From Malacoraja senta (taxonomy: Eukaryota), in the NCBI GenBank assembly GCA_038087875.1, contig CM075987.1, positions 16,618,001-16,682,000 of the forward strand: a DNA stretch of 64,000 bases, in the 5' to 3' direction. The notes under the pieces are model-generated. The model was not told the DNA's origin, searched no databases, and was given only the letters and a program-made list of their open reading frames with translations. This document shows, piece by piece, positions 15,001 through 27,765 of this stretch (within the stretch, counting starts at the first letter, position 1; every line of letters begins with the position of its first letter). The translations under genes and the position numbers were made by a program.

Positions 15001-15258
15001 CTCGTAAAATTGCGCAAATCTTTTATTAATATCCTTCGGTGTTGTTAATAATTCCCCTTTATCTGATTTGATCTTTGGTATAGTATGTTCCTTTTCTCGT
15101 TTTTTTAGCTGGCGAGCCAAAAGTTTATGCGGTTTATCCCCAAATTCAAAGTGCTCTTGTTTTGTAATTTGAAAAAGTCTTATAAGTTTGGCAGATAATA
15201 ATTTATTTAATTTAAATTTTAAAATTATTATTTTATTATGTTTATCTATTGATGGATC
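12055..15258 (-). mobile_element. Young 5'-truncated L1-clade LINE, antisense within a URM1 intron
   Basis: Perfect 15-bp TSD ttttaagcatactct at 12040-12054 and 15259-15273. A-rich tail (T-rich on +) from 12055, a 3' UTR of about 430 bp, and an uninterrupted ORF2. Confidence 0.96.
12481..15258 (-). CDS. L1 ORF2p fragment (reverse transcriptase plus C-terminal CCHC). Endonuclease domain lost by 5' truncation.
   Basis: RT motifs PGPDG, YRAIALLN, LDAEKAFD, RQGCSLSP, YADD and YLG, and CDKC...H...C. The frame stays open for 46 codons upstream of the listed TTG (15120), up to the TSD junction. Confidence 0.93.
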   Translation of the reverse strand, partial: DPSIDKHNKIIILKFKLNKLLSAKLIRLFQITKQEHFEFGDKPHKLLARQLKKREKEHTIPKIKSDKGELLTTPKDINKRFAQFYENLYTSKTIIDSNNITKFLDTCNFPKLELKEQEELGAQISIKELEDTINSLKNGKTPGPDGFTNEFYKSFYDKIIPRLQKMYQYAFKKRILPDTLAESTITLIPKKNKDLEEPGSYRAIALLNTDQKILAKTLARRLSKYISKLINPDQTGFIPKRYSSNNMRRLLNIMHSHKSEDQELSIISLDAEKAFDQVEWNYMDKVLQKFQLGENFILWIKLLYNKPTARILTNNILSSKFQLSRGNRQGCSLSPQLFALIIEPLAEKIRIHPDIHGYNTKDSYNKISLYADDILLYITKPQITIPNILNLIEDFGSFSGYRINWNKSEIMSIKPKDSTHLLKFPFKIATETFKYLGIEITRTYQGMFRANFDPLLNKLNTLIKFWKTLPMSLIGRINAIKMIFLPQILYLFQSIPIYLPKKFFKKLDSDITNFIWDYKSHRIQKTHLNKSKVLGGLALPNFMYYYWSVNIKNMIQLMDNSAQQVDWIVMEKEDCSSRNIGAILLSPMKLNNINYNKNPIIHSTIRIWKQIKQNLKLRNLSLLLPIVNNPSFSPSIIDKAYTQWDRLGIKTLGDLYETGKLLSFQQLQIKYKLGNNQYFKYFQICDYLKKYTKDHHNNPADVLDEAMQIKAESANLISYLYNIILNAQIPSTEGIRRDWEQELAIKISKESWNEYLLKVHKCSINVRHTLIQFKILHRLYYSKTKIHKIFPNVSSTCDKCQSQEATIAHSFVFCTKIQKFWNEIFEIFTKLFKTRLIPKAEWIIFGITEDDPELNVFQKKLMDYGLITGKKLILKFWKKAPIPTINMWISNMFETLHLEEIRLLLAGKPDHFHLTWSAFIELLQT

Positions 15259-18200
15259 TTTTAAGCATACTCTGATCAGTCCATTTGGCCATTTAACTGA
15301 TCAAAAAAGTCACATTACTTGGTGAATGAGGAATTGTCAACTTATTCCTTCCAATTGATTGGGATATAATTATTTTTATGTGAGGGAAAGAGAGAGATTA
15401 GCATTCTATCAAACTGTTTTATTCCACCACCTACAAAGAGTCATATACACTTTATAACACCGAAACAGAATATTTGATCCAATGGATCTATGCACATCTT
15501 CATGCCCCTCTGAGCACCTTCTCTACTCATGGTCAACCCCTTATAGCAGAACCTCGTGGCGGGTGTGTTTCTCTTTAAATCATCCTCTTTAGAGGCCTTT
15601 GTAAAGTGAATCTCTTGGTTGATGCCTTTCTTTATTCATCGTCCCAACGCCTTTCAAATTGTATTTTTGGACTGGTGCAATTGGCAAGCTGACAGCTAAA
15701 AACATTTCAATGTCACTTTTGTAATCACAAGAGTGCCCACTGTGTTTTGTTTAACTGGTACTGAGCAACTGTGTTGAACTTACACTGCTGTCATCTTGCC
15801 AGTGAGTGACTAGTTGGTCCACACCTATTGATGAATTTTTCCTGTCTTCTCATTCTGCTGATGCTAGCTTATAGGCGATCTTGCAAATTGGCAGTTGCGG
15901 TGTATGAACTTGCAGGAAACATAAATGCATTTCTACATAGAACATAAAAGAGTACAACATGGGGACATGCACTTTGGCCCACAATGTCCGTGCCGAACAT
16001 GATGCCAAATTAAACTAATCTCCTCTGCCGATATATCCCTCCATTCCCTACATATTTGTGTGCCTATCTAAAAAAGCTTCTTGAATGCCACTATCTGTCT
16101 CCACCACCACCCCTTGCTGCCTGTTCCAGACATTTTCTGTGTGAAAATAAACTTGCTGCACACATCTTACTTTAAAGCTATTCCCACTACTCTTGACATT
16201 TCCACCCTGGGAAAAAAGTCCTGACTGTCTCAAAAATTCAACTCTCAAAATTGTTCTATCAGGTCTGCCCTCAACCTCTCAGTCTGACCTTCCAGAGGAA
16301 ACACTCCAAATTTGTCTGACCTCACCCTGCATTGTGCTTCTAATATAGTAAGATCTTGAAAAAGTACTTTAGAGCATTGATTATTATCTTACTAAATTTG
16401 ACAGGAAGCCACCAGAGATATTAGGACCGCTAGAGGTGGATGTGATGGGAAGCAGTTTAAAGGAGAAATGGTGGGCTGTCAGGATGACCCGTCTCGACTT
16501 GGCCACCCCTTTCCTGATGCTGCCACTACATGTCAGTCTTCTTTTCCAACAACCTTCGGGAGATGATCAGAAATCGTCTCCATCTAAATGTTAGTAGAAG
16601 TCGAGCCGTTATCATCAGTGCATTCCTATTCCATCTACCAGCAATCCAGAATGGGGGGGGGGGGGGGGGGGATGGGATCATAATTTCCAAATGAGGGGTC
16701 ACCCATCTAAGAGAAAGGCAAGGACGAATGTTTCCACAAAGTTGTGGATCTTTAGAATTCTCTACCTCAGAGAGCCATGCAGGCGGATTCATTGTCAGTC
16801 TGTGCATTGAATATATTTGGGCCTTTTAACCGCAAGAGAGTATGGAGAGAGAGCAGAAAAGTGGTGTCCAGGCCATGATTTTATCGGCCATAATATTATT
16901 GAGTGACAAAGCAGGCTCGAGGGGCTGACTAGGCTTCTGCTGCTATTTTTTCAATTCCACTGTTCTTGTGTACTTGTGTAGAACTGTGCAAACAATGACT
17001 ATCTTGGAGCATGAGTTTCTCCAGCTAGGGATCACTGAGACCGATTGTAATGTCTTTTTTTTAATAATCATCCTCAGGAGCTGGACATCAGTGATCAAGT
17101 TAGGTTTCTTCCTTCAATGCCCCTGAGAAGGTGGGTTATGATTTACTCTGTATGCTCTTTGGTCTCCCAGTGTACTTGTAGGTAAAGGGTTCAAGGCTTT
17201 GATCAAACGACAGTGAAGGTGCGGCAGTATGTATTCAAGGCAGGATTTACAGGCGACTTGGAGGTGATGCTGTTCCCATGGATCTGTTGATCCAGGTGTG
17301 ACCATCTCCCACAGAATGCGCTGCATCCAAGGAACATTCAATTTCTCTTTAGCTAAGGGTAATAAAAGTCTAAGTCGCTCTTTGTGTTCATTATCCGGTG
17401 ATCCCATGCTGGAAAATGGTTCGACTCGCTTATGATGGCTTCAGTGCAACAAAAGGATAATCAGAGACATTGCCTCTTTATCACGGCTTCTTTATATTAA
17501 CCTCTGGGGGAAAAAAAATATAAAGTGACTTTTGGCTCTTTTGCTGTGTTTCAGAGACTAATCTGTGTGGTATCAGTGTGAGGCGTTTATGGTAAGCTGC
17601 TCCGTCCCTCCACCCCCACTGCTCTGCAGGACAATGACCCACCCCTCGCCATTCCCTGACAGCAATAAATGGGCAACTTTTCCATAGTGACCGCGCCACA
17701 AAAGGTGATGCAAGACCGGAATGCACTGGGGTCATGAGTCTGAAACCGCAGGACAGCTCTGATGACCAGACCTTATAAATGACTCCTCTTTTGTCCAAAA
17801 AAAAGAAGCTACCAAGAGCACTGTTGCTTTGTGAGTGCAAGGTAGAATGATTGGAAGTTTGGGAGTATGTGGAGGAGGGGGGAATCTTCACTGTGTATTT
17901 GTGTGTGCTTGCTGTTCAAAACTGGATGGAACTGGCGTGCATACCTCCCAGAGAGTCCCTGGCAACAATCTATTGCTGTTCTAGCGCTCTGCTCGGCTCA
18001 TAGGCTGTGCTTTACACGGCCAGCACCAACATATACTGAAGTCACTGTTTAAAAAATTGGCCCATGTTTCTTTAACCTCCGTTGACTCTTAAAGCCCCCA
18101 TGACGACCTAAAATGTTGATAATTAAGGCTGCTAGGATTGGACAATGATTTCAGTTCTGCCAACGTTGTGCGTGTGCCAAGGAAGTACAGAAACTCACAT

Positions 18201-19309
18201 GCCACCCAGTGCAAGTCTGGCCAAACAGGCTGTTAAGATCTAAAGAACCAGATAATTACAAAACCTGGTTTTATTGAAAAGATATTTTCCTGTGGTTGGT
18301 GCCTTTGTGCTGTGCATTCCGCAAAGCTGATTTAAAAGTAGAATATTTCTATGGAGTCAGTCCTTCCTGTGTTCTCTCTCAGTTTTCTTCTCGCTGAGGA
18401 CAGTGACTTGTGTTGAAATCAACTGCATACAAACTCTTGTAGAGTCGCACAGCACAGGAACAGGCCCTTCGGCCTAACATCCCTGCCACCCAAGATGCCT
18501 TGTCTAAGTTAGTCCCATTTGGCCCATATCCCTCCCAACCTGTCCTATTTATGTACCTGTCCAGATGTCTTTTCAATGTTGTTATTGGACCTGCTTCAAC
18601 TAGTCTTTGCACATCTTTCATGAGCTTGAACAGTTTCTGGCATTATATTTAGCCATAGAAGGTATCACAGATGAGGCAAGCTTAGTTTAGTTTGGTCTTA
18701 TGATACAGCATGGAAGCAGGCCCTTTGGCCCACTGAGTCCACACCAACCATCAATCATCCGTTCACACTAGTTCTATGTTATCCCACTATCGTATCCACT
18801 CCCTATACACTAGGGGCAACTTACAGAGTCCGAATAACCTGCAAACGCGCACGTCTTTCGGATGTGGGGGGCAACTAGAGCACCCAGAGGAAAATCATAC
18901 GGTCACAGGGAAAACTTGCAAACTCCACACGCACAGTACCTGAGAATGCCTGTCCATTCCCTCCACAAAATTTAAATTTGGTCTGCCTGGCTAAATACAC
19001 TGATCCACTGTGAATGCTGCTCAATCTCTAAGCTTCAGTGCTTCTACTCGATATATGGATGGCAACCAAACAGTTTGTCATCTTTATATTGAATATTGGC
19101 TGGGACATGTAAGAAACAGATGCAGCATTAAACTATATAGCTCCTTGAGTGTCACATAAAGCTAGATCGTGGTTGATCCCATCGACATAGAAAATAGGTG
19201 CTGAAGGAGGCCATTCGGCACTTCGAGCCAGCACCACATGGGATAACTCTCCTATTCTTCATCAATGCGGATGCTGGACTTTTCCACTAATTGTAATGTG
19301 ACAATGTTT

Positions 19310-19622
19310 AATTTAGTTTAGAAATACAGTTCTAAATTTAGTTTAGAAAAACAGGCCCTTCGGCCCACCGAGTCCAGCGATCTCCGCACATTAACACTAC
19401 CCTACACACACCAGCGACAATTTACATTTATACCAAGCCAAATAACCTACAAACCTGTACGTCTTTGGAGTGTGGAGGAAACCGAAGATCTTGGAGAAAA
19501 CCCACGCAGGTCACGGGTAGAACATGTAAATTCCATACAAACAAGCACCCGTAGTCGGGGTCGATCCCGGGTCTCTGGAGCTGTAAGGAAGCAACTCTAC
19601 CCCTATGCCACCGTGCTGCCCT
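19310..19622 (-). mobile_element. tRNA-derived SINE (HE1/V-SINE-like)
   Basis: Reverse complement has head gggcagcacggtggc...gggatcgaccc, the same central domain and a (ctaaa)n tail. Related minus-strand copies at about 18680-18945, 20535-20840, 28068-28350, 51090-51265 and 54685-54975. Confidence 0.8.
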
Positions 19623-21882
19623 GTGACACTATATTCTGCACTCTGGTATTTTTGTTTTTACCTGTGGTAGTTGTATATGGCTTGATTGTACTTGTGCAGC
19701 GCATGATCTGATTTAATTGGATAGCATGCAAACAAAAGCTTTTTACTGTATCTCGGTACTCGTGACAATAACGAACCAACACCAATGTTGTATCATAGGA
19801 TCTTTCATATTCACCTGAGAGAGCGTGATCAAGAGGTACGTTTGTCTTCATCGGTCGTGGCATTGAATATCATGTTACAACTTTGTCAACTTTAGTTAGG
19901 CTGCATTAGGAGCATTATTACTATTCTGGTCACTCCATTACAGGAAGGTTGTTGAGGCGTTGGCGAGTGTGCAGAAGGGGTTTTACCTGGATGCTGCCAA
20001 GATTGGAAGGTATATTTGGAGGGACTGCTCTGTATGTCAGTGGAACTTGAACGCACAGTTAGGGACTCGGGTGAGAGAGCTGTCAACGTTCAGCTCACAG
20101 CACTGAATCAGTGCAGAGGGATAACCAGTATTGCTGAGATACATGACCTGCACACATGGTTAAAAGGTGAGAGGTGATTCCATTTTATTGTTGCTGGAAG
20201 AATGTCTCAGACCTGATTTTTGTTTTACACACACACTGCCTGAATAATTTTTATCTGTGTGAACATCTGTGCTGTTTTGCCATTGGTGTCAGCACAGTGA
20301 AAGTTGGTCATTCGGGAATTATTTTACGATCTCTTCAGCTGAAATTGTGTAACCAATTTCTTTTTGCCTTTCTCATGTCATGGACAACATTTTATTAGCA
20401 ATGTCACACCGTTAATTCAGGAATTGTTAGCAAAGATTTCTCTGCTTGTAATTTACCGCCAGCATTTTCCCAAATATTTTCAAGTTCCAGTTGTGATTTA
20501 AAGGCTCCTCCACTATTGCTACTCATTTCTAGTCCAGGTTAGAGACGCAGCATGGAAACAGGTTCTTCAGTCCACTGAGTCCTCACTGACCACCGATCAC
20601 CCATTCACACTGGTTCTATGTTATTCTACTTTTGCATCCAATCCCCACACACAAGGGGCGATTTACAGAAACCAATTAGTCTACAAGCCTGCACGTCTTT
20701 GGAATGTGGGAGGAAACAGGACCACCCGGAGGAGACACAGTTGGTCACAGGAAGAACTCTACACAGACAACTCTTGAGGGCAGGATTGAACCAGGGTCAC
20801 TGGTGCTGAGAGGCAGCAGCTCTACCAGCTGCACCACTTGAGATGAGAAGGTGTCCCAAAGTGGAAAATGCCTGAAAACCTGCAATATATTGCACGATAT
20901 TAAATTGTTTTGACTGCTGTGTAGTTTTCCTCATTCGTGTTAATCCACTTTACCAGCTACGTGGACATGTTTGTAGTACTCCACTTGTAGCAGCGGGCTC
21001 GAGTGCTAGTATTCTATGATCCCATCACTACTCATGGTTACCAGTGTCGATAAAACATGAAGATCATTTATCTAATTAATCTGAGCAGTTCAGCAATAAG
21101 AATGGCCAAGTGCAAGGCTTCTTTATCTGGTTCAGGTTAATATGGTTTAACGATATTCAGACTGATTGCTTAAGCATTTGATGTCTCCCTCTCATACTTT
21201 CAAGTGATGTTTAATTGAACTTGTATGTTCTTTACTGCCCTATTCCTTCCATGGGTTTTCCCCAGTGAGATACTTAAATACATAAAATAAGCCCTGGGAT
21301 GAAAGCCTGTGAGGATTACGTCAATATTCAGTTTGAATCTTACAAAATGACTTGCAGTTGAGGTACCAGTCACTATTGCTTCTCCTCATTAATTTATGTG
21401 CTTTTTATTATATTCATTATATGATGGTATAACTGTCGACGTTCTTATCAAAATGCACAAGTTTTCCCTTGTGGCGTTGGGGCAGCTCTTTCAATGAAGT
21501 TGGCTTTGATCACAACTCTCAGTCAGTCTTTAATCCACCCAATGGGTCCCAGGAGCCAAAGGATACACCTGGGTGACCCTGTTAAAAAGGGAAGGAAGTT
21601 TAGTGAATGCGACCAGCAGTGTCCTGCACAGAGTAAAGCAAGGTGATAGTTTTATTACTTGTACAATGTTTGAAGAATATTTCATTTTTTTTTTAACCTT
21701 ATAGCGTAACCTATCAATTTCTATTCAAGCATTTTCAAAATTATAATTGAGCCAGCTTGCGACTCTTGCAGAAGTGGCATTTATGCCCCACTCATGCCAT
21801 CAAATTAATAACAATATCCAGTGATACAATTGTCAGACCAAATGTGGACTATTTGACAATTTCAACCATCTACTTCCTTTAG

Positions 21883-21964
21883 GGGATGTTCGACAGCTCC
21901 TGGTGTGGATCAAAGCCAATTTGCTGAAGGATCGGCCAGAACTTTTCATTCAAGGTGACACTGT
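21883..21964 (+). CDS. URM1: URM1 (ubiquitin-related modifier 1) internal coding exon, equivalent to human exon 3
   Basis: ttcctttag|GG GAT GTT CGA...GAC ACT GT|gtaagt. The 82 nt encode (W)[26 protein letters not shown](V), matching URM1 [28 protein letters not shown]. Canonical AG/GT, and phase is compatible with the next exon. Earlier exons were not found in the window. Confidence 0.96.
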
Positions 21965-22444
21965 GTAAGTACAAACTGCCTTTTTACGAGTGTCAATGAA
22001 GGTGTAGCATGAGCAAAACACAAAGTGCTAAAAGAATTCAGCGGGTCAGGTAGCATCAGTGAAAGATTGGACAGACAACATTTTGAATCGGGAACCACCC
22101 TCTGACTGATTCTGAAGAAATGTCTGACCCGAAAAGGTGTGTGTCGATTTCCCTCGAGCACTTTGTGTTTTGCTCAAGATTCCAGCATCTTCAATTTCTT
22201 GTGTTTCCAAGTCATAGCATTCGTATGACTGTATCTAAATAGAATTGCCACTGCACTCATTCTTGATGCCCATCCATTGCTCGCAGCCCACAACAAACTC
22301 CAAGCACAGGACAGCAAGCAATCCTGCAGCCGCCAATTCTGATTCAATCCCGTTCCAACATATTTATGGAGTCTTGGCAGGCACGTGAACTATAATTCCC
22401 TGTAGCAACAATCAATTTGGAGACGATAAGCATAGTCTTATCTC

Positions 22445-22995
22445 GTGCAGTGCCTAATATGGGGCAGCTTTTATGCTCTGCAGTGTTTAACAGCCAACAG
22501 TTTTGGCACTGCACAGAGTTCAACAGAGAACAGCTTCCACGCTGCAGCGTTTAATAGGGTGCAGTTTTTACACTCTGTAGTTTCTACACACTGCGGTGTT
22601 TGACAGTGTGCAGCTTTCCTCGCATGTAGTGGTTCACAAGTTGCAGCTTTTATTCTCTACAGCATGCAGCTTTTGCAGTGTTTCAGTGTAGGCCTTGTAT
22701 AGTGTGCTCTGATTCACAGCGTGTAGTGCTTACACTGTGGGATATTTCACAGCGTATACCGTGCATTCTTTCACAGTGTGCAAGTTTTATACAGTGATGC
22801 CTTTAACAGTGCAAGCTTCACACTGTTGTGGTGCACTATGTGCAGCTTTTGTTCCGTGCAGTGTTTAACAGGGTGCTGTTTTTACACTGCAGTTTTTGCT
22901 GCTGTGTGGCATATTTAATGCCCTCCATGGCGTGCAGGTTTTGCACTGTGCAGTATTTTGCATTGTAGAGATCTTATTCTGTGCATTGTTTAAAT
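22445..22995. repeat. Degenerate minisatellite, unit about 15-17 bp (gtgcagtgtttaacag / gtgcagcttttacact)
   Basis: Roughly 30 diverged recurrences of tgcag-(c/t)ttt-acac/acag. Confidence 0.75.
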
Positions 22996-23420
22996 GGGAA
23001 TAGAGTTTTGATGCAAGATTCATTCATTGGGATGCGGACTGGAGTTTCTGCGGCTGCGAAGTGGAGCCTCCCTGGTACCACAATGTCGTTGAAAGTGGAG
23101 GGTGAACAGCCGGAGATCATGGTCCATGTTGGTACATATAAACATAGGTGGGAAGAGGGATGAGGTCCGGCGGGCAGAGTTCATGGAGCTTGGAATGTGG
23201 TCAAAAACCACGATCTGTAAATTAGTAATCTCTGGGTTACTACCAGTGCTATGTGGTACATAATAGGAGGTTAGACCAGATCACTGCATGGTGGAAAGAT
23301 GGTGTAGGGGGAGCTGGCTTCACATTCCTGAGGGTTTGGGATGTTTCTGGAGGAGGTGGGATCACTACAAGCTGAACAGTTTGCACCCTGACAGGTACAG
23401 GATTGATATCTCCAAATTAT
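22990..23420 (+). mobile_element. CR1-clade LINE ORF1 (esterase-like) remnant
   Basis: LPG...EGEQPEIMVHVGT and VISGLLPV-like segments typical of the CR1 ORF1 SGNH domain. Many disruptions. Confidence 0.55.
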
Positions 23421-23477
23421 GATGGGCGATGGTACACAGGGTGTGGGGAAAGGATGGGGGTTGGGACGGTTATAAGG

Positions 23478-23822
23478 TCGTAAGGGATAGGAGTGGTATT
23501 AGGCCATTTGGCCCATCAAGTCTACTGCACCATTCAGTGGCAACATCCTCTCCACATCCACTCTATCCAAGCCTTTCACTATTCTGTATGTTTCAATGAG
23601 GTCCCCCCTCATCCTTCCAAACTCCAGCGAGTGCAGGCCCGGTGCCGACAGACGCTCATCATAGGTTGACCTACTAATTCCTGAGATCTTTCTTGGAAAC
23701 CTCCTCTGGACCCTCTCCAGAGCCAGCACATCCTTCCTCAGATATGGTGCCCAATTTTGCTCATACTCTTCCAAATGTGACCTTACCTGCGCCTTATAGA
23801 GCCTCAACATGACATCCCTTGT
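23478..23822 (-). mobile_element. CR1/HER1-like LINE ORF2 3' fragment
   Basis: LYKAQVRSHLE...WAPYLRKDVLALERVQRRF...LEFGRMRGDLIETYRI. Confidence 0.85.
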
Positions 23823-24194
23823 GTACCTGCTGTGTTTGTTGGGGCCGGTTTAACGTAGAGTGGCATGGCTTTTGGAACTCTACAGTGGTAGAGTCAGAGC
23901 AGACAAAAGCTAAACCGGCAATAGAAGATCAGGTTCAGGTGAGAGAGTCCTTACTGAGGGAGAAAAAATAATGTAATTGTATTTGTAATGTAATGTAATG
24001 GAATGTAAGACAGTCCCAGGGTACCAGTCAAACTATGTGGTGCCCCCGTGTATAGTTATAATAGTATATCGTTCTAATTGTATATCATCAAAAAAATGAC
24101 ACGATAAAATTACATTTTCTTAATATGAATGTGTACAACATTTCAAATGAATTGATGGTACAAATGGGAATAAGTAAAGGGAAAGGATACAGAA

Positions 24195-24648
24195 AAGATT
24201 TACAAGGATTTTGCCAGGGCTAGAGGGTCTGAGTTATAGGGAGAGGTTGAGTCGGCTGGGACTCTATTCCTTGGCACGCAGCAGGATGAGGGGTGATCTT
24301 ATTGTGTATAAAATCATGAGAGGAATAGATTGGGTAGATGCACAGTCTCTTGCCCAGAGTAGGTGAATCGAGGACCAGAGGACATAGGTTTAAGTTGAAG
24401 GGGAAAAGATTTAATAGGAATCTGAGGGGTAACTTTTTCACACAAAGGGTGGTGGGTGTATGGAACAAGTTGCCAGAGGAGGTAGTTGAGGCAGGGACTA
24501 TCCCAACATTTAAGAAACAGTTAGACAGGTACATGGATAGGACAGGTTTGGAGGGATATGGACCAGACACGGGCAGGTGGGACTAGTGTAGCGGGGACAT
24601 GTTAGGCATGTTGGGCCGAAGGACCTGTTTCCACACTGTGACTCTAAG
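24195..24648 (+). mobile_element. CR1/HER1-like LINE 3' end
   Basis: SRTRGHRFKLKGKRFNRNLRGNFFTQRVVGVWNKLP...FKKQLDRYM followed by the tail. Confidence 0.88.
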
Positions 24649-27184
24649 TGTGTATGATTTGGAGGTTATTGTTATTGTGTCTGCCTCAACTACCACCTCT
24701 GGCAGCTCGTTCCATCTACCCTGCAGACAGCAAGACATTATGAAGGCATAGTCGTCTAAAGTGAGCTAGTAAAATGTCTGAAGAGCAAGGTAATAGATCA
24801 ACAGAAGTAGAGAGTTAAAGAAATAGTTCATAAATCTCAGTAAATGTCTCCTCCAGTGAGAGGGATGCACTGTCTCTGTGGCTAACTAAGTAAAGGATCG
24901 TGTCAATTTGAAAAAAGTTAAAGGATTATTCCAACAGGTAGGGTGTATAAAAATAATTACATTTTGATGGAACGTTAAAGGGCCTGGGTGTGTACTGTGT
25001 AACAGTTTAGATCTCCCAAGTGATGGAATGATAGACGCAAAAAACACCCGATGCTGAGTTTCTCCAAACAAACACTAATTTCCAAAGGAACTCAGCGGGT
25101 CAGGCAGCATCTGTGTGGGGGGAATGGACAGATGACTTCTCTGCTCAGGGAAATCCCAATATTGTCATCAGTCTGAAGAAGGGTCATCTGTCCATTCCCT
25201 CCACAGATGCTGCCTGACCCACTGAGTTCCTCCAGCATTGTGTGTTAATGGAATGATACACCTGCATTGGAAAAGGTGCAGGGAAGGTTCAGTGAGTTGA
25301 CTCTGGCATGACGAGATTTTGTATGAAGAAAAGTTGAGTGGGTGGAGCCTATACTTAGTTGAGCACAGGGAGATGATCATGAAGCGAAATTCTGAGAGCC
25401 ACTGATAGGGTGAAAGTTGAGAGAAAGCTTCCCTGTGAGGAGTCCTAAAGGTTGAGCACATGATCCCAGAACGAGTGGTTGTCCATTTAAGATGGACGGG
25501 AGGAAGAATTTCCTTTGTGAGAGCTGTGACTCTTCAACATTATCTACCCCAGAGAACTGTGGAGATGGAAATTGTCAAGGCTGAGATTCTCAGGCATTTA
25601 TACTGGTCTGGGTGGAGAATAGGACAGTAATGTTGAGGCAAAGGTTGGATTAGCCATGATCTTATTGAACGATACAGCAGGCTAAAGGGTCAAATTAATA
25701 AACTGCTGCTTACTTTTAAATGGGAGTAAGTTGTTTAATAAGTGTGAGGAGAAAGATTTAATAGGGACCCGAGGGACAACTTTTCCACTCAAAGAGTGGT
25801 GGGTATATGGAACGAGCTGCCAGTGGAGGTAGTTGAAGCAGGTACAATAATAACATTGGACAGGTATGCGGATAGGAAAGGTTTAGAGGGATATTAGCCA
25901 AATGCGTGCAAATGGGACTAGCTTAGATGGGGCATCTTGGTCGCTGTGGACGAGTTGGGGCGAAGGGCCTGTTCCCGTGCTGTATGACCCGATGAATGGT
26001 GAATAGATTTGCTACGGTGCGGTCATATTTCACAAGGTGCAGCTTTTACACTGCGATGTTGGATAGGATGCAGTTGTTAGACACGGTGCAATGTTTCTGA
26101 TGAAAGATCATTGGTCTGGAACATTAACTGTTTCTCTCTCCACAGAAGCCACCCAACTTGTTTATCATCGTTTTCTGTTGTTATTGCGTTATTTATCAGG
26201 GTGCAGTTATACATATTGTTTAACAGAGAACAATCTTTTGCACTGCACTCCTGAACCAATCAACTCTTTTACACCTTCTTCCCAGAGGTGCTGCCAAGTA
26301 CTCTTCCTCTTAACTCAGCCTCATTCCATTATCGTACTTTAATATTTATTTTGCACCACCTTCGATTGCACTACAGTTGTTGCACCCTTCTGCTCTTGCA
26401 TTTGTCACAGTATTAATTACTGCATCTATCATTACCATGTATGCTTCATACGAACAAGGAATTTAATTGCATACTGGTGTAAATAACCTAATCTGAAGGC
26501 GATGCAGCGGTTCTGCGTGGTGTGGCGTTTGCATTGTGCAGCTTTTGCATGGGCCCTGTTTCACGGGCTAGAGATGTGGGTAAGGGATATTATTGCTTTC
26601 TGACGAAGAGGTGAATTGATATTCTGCACCTGAGCTGCTGTCACTGCTTAGTAATAGCATGCTCGTTCACGTGGTTTCTGGAACCTTCTGAGTCCCTGTT
26701 TCCTGTAATATCGCTGAGGACTCTTCCTGGAATCTTCAGTGTCTTTCGATGACACTGACGATTATCTTTCAATTCCACAGCCCACTGCCTGTAACCACCG
26801 GTGACTCAGCCTAAGTAACAGATTCCTCATTCATCAGATAGTTTTTAAAGCAAACTTGCTTCGGGCTTCCCACTTCGCCACCTATCCTGTCCTGCATCCA
26901 CTGTGTTTTTCCTCATTTATCGACCAATGCACTTGTGTGGATACTGAGCTGGGTAGCATTCTGATGTGACGCCTCCTCCCATGTTAAGTAGCATGTCAGC
27001 ATTGTTCTCGTGTGTGAATGATGCTTTTTGGGTTTCATCTCTCTTGCTGATCAGTATCGCTTCACAAGTCAGATCATTCAGGGAAGTACAGAACCAGGAA
27101 GGGAAAAAAAATTGCTCATTTGTTATGGATGCCAACACTTGGAGAAATTCTTTCCACCAACAGGTTTCAAACATCCAGTTCAGG

Positions 27185-27765
27185 CAAGAGGTCACTAACG
27201 TGGAATATTAACTCCGGTGCTTTTGGAGTACGGTGTGCAGTTCAGGTCACCCCCACCACGCGCTGGATGTGGAGGCTTTGGAGAGGGTGCAGAAAAGAGT
27301 TACAAGAACGGTGCCTGGATTAGAGGCTATTAACGATAAGGAGGAGTTGGACAAACTTGGTTTGTTTTCTCTGAAACACCGGAGGTGGAGGGGAGACCTG
27401 ATAGAAGTAAATAAAATTGGGAGGCATAGATAGACAACCAGTCATGTTCCCAGGGTAGAAATATCAAGCGGTAGAGAGCGTGGCTTTAAGGTGAGAGGAG
27501 GTACATTTATAGAAGTGCAGGGACATTTAGTTTACACAGAGAGAGCGGTGGGTGCCTGAAACGCGCTGCCAGGGGTGGTGATGAAGGCAGGTACGATAGT
27601 GAGGTTTAAAAGGCTTTTAGATAGGCATGTGAATTGGTGGAGAATGGAAGGATATGGATAACATGCAAGCAGAGACGATTAGTCTAACTTGACATCGTGT
27701 TCGAACATCTTCAAACATTGTGGGCTGAAGAACCAGTTCCTATGCTTGGCTATTCAATGTTCTAA
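27185..27765 (+). mobile_element. CR1/HER1-like LINE 3' end
   Basis: DVEALERVQKRVTRTVPGL...LGLFSL...RGDLIEV. Confidence 0.85.

Noticed and set aside
12481..15120. 879-aa ORF as a host gene or domesticated RT
   Set aside because: It has no ATG start (TTG), is truncated at a TSD and has an A-rich tail. It is an ordinary 5'-truncated L1 copy.
22445..22995. Possible CRISPR-like array
   Set aside because: Units are short, degenerate and contiguous with no unique spacers. The context is eukaryotic and no cas genes are present.
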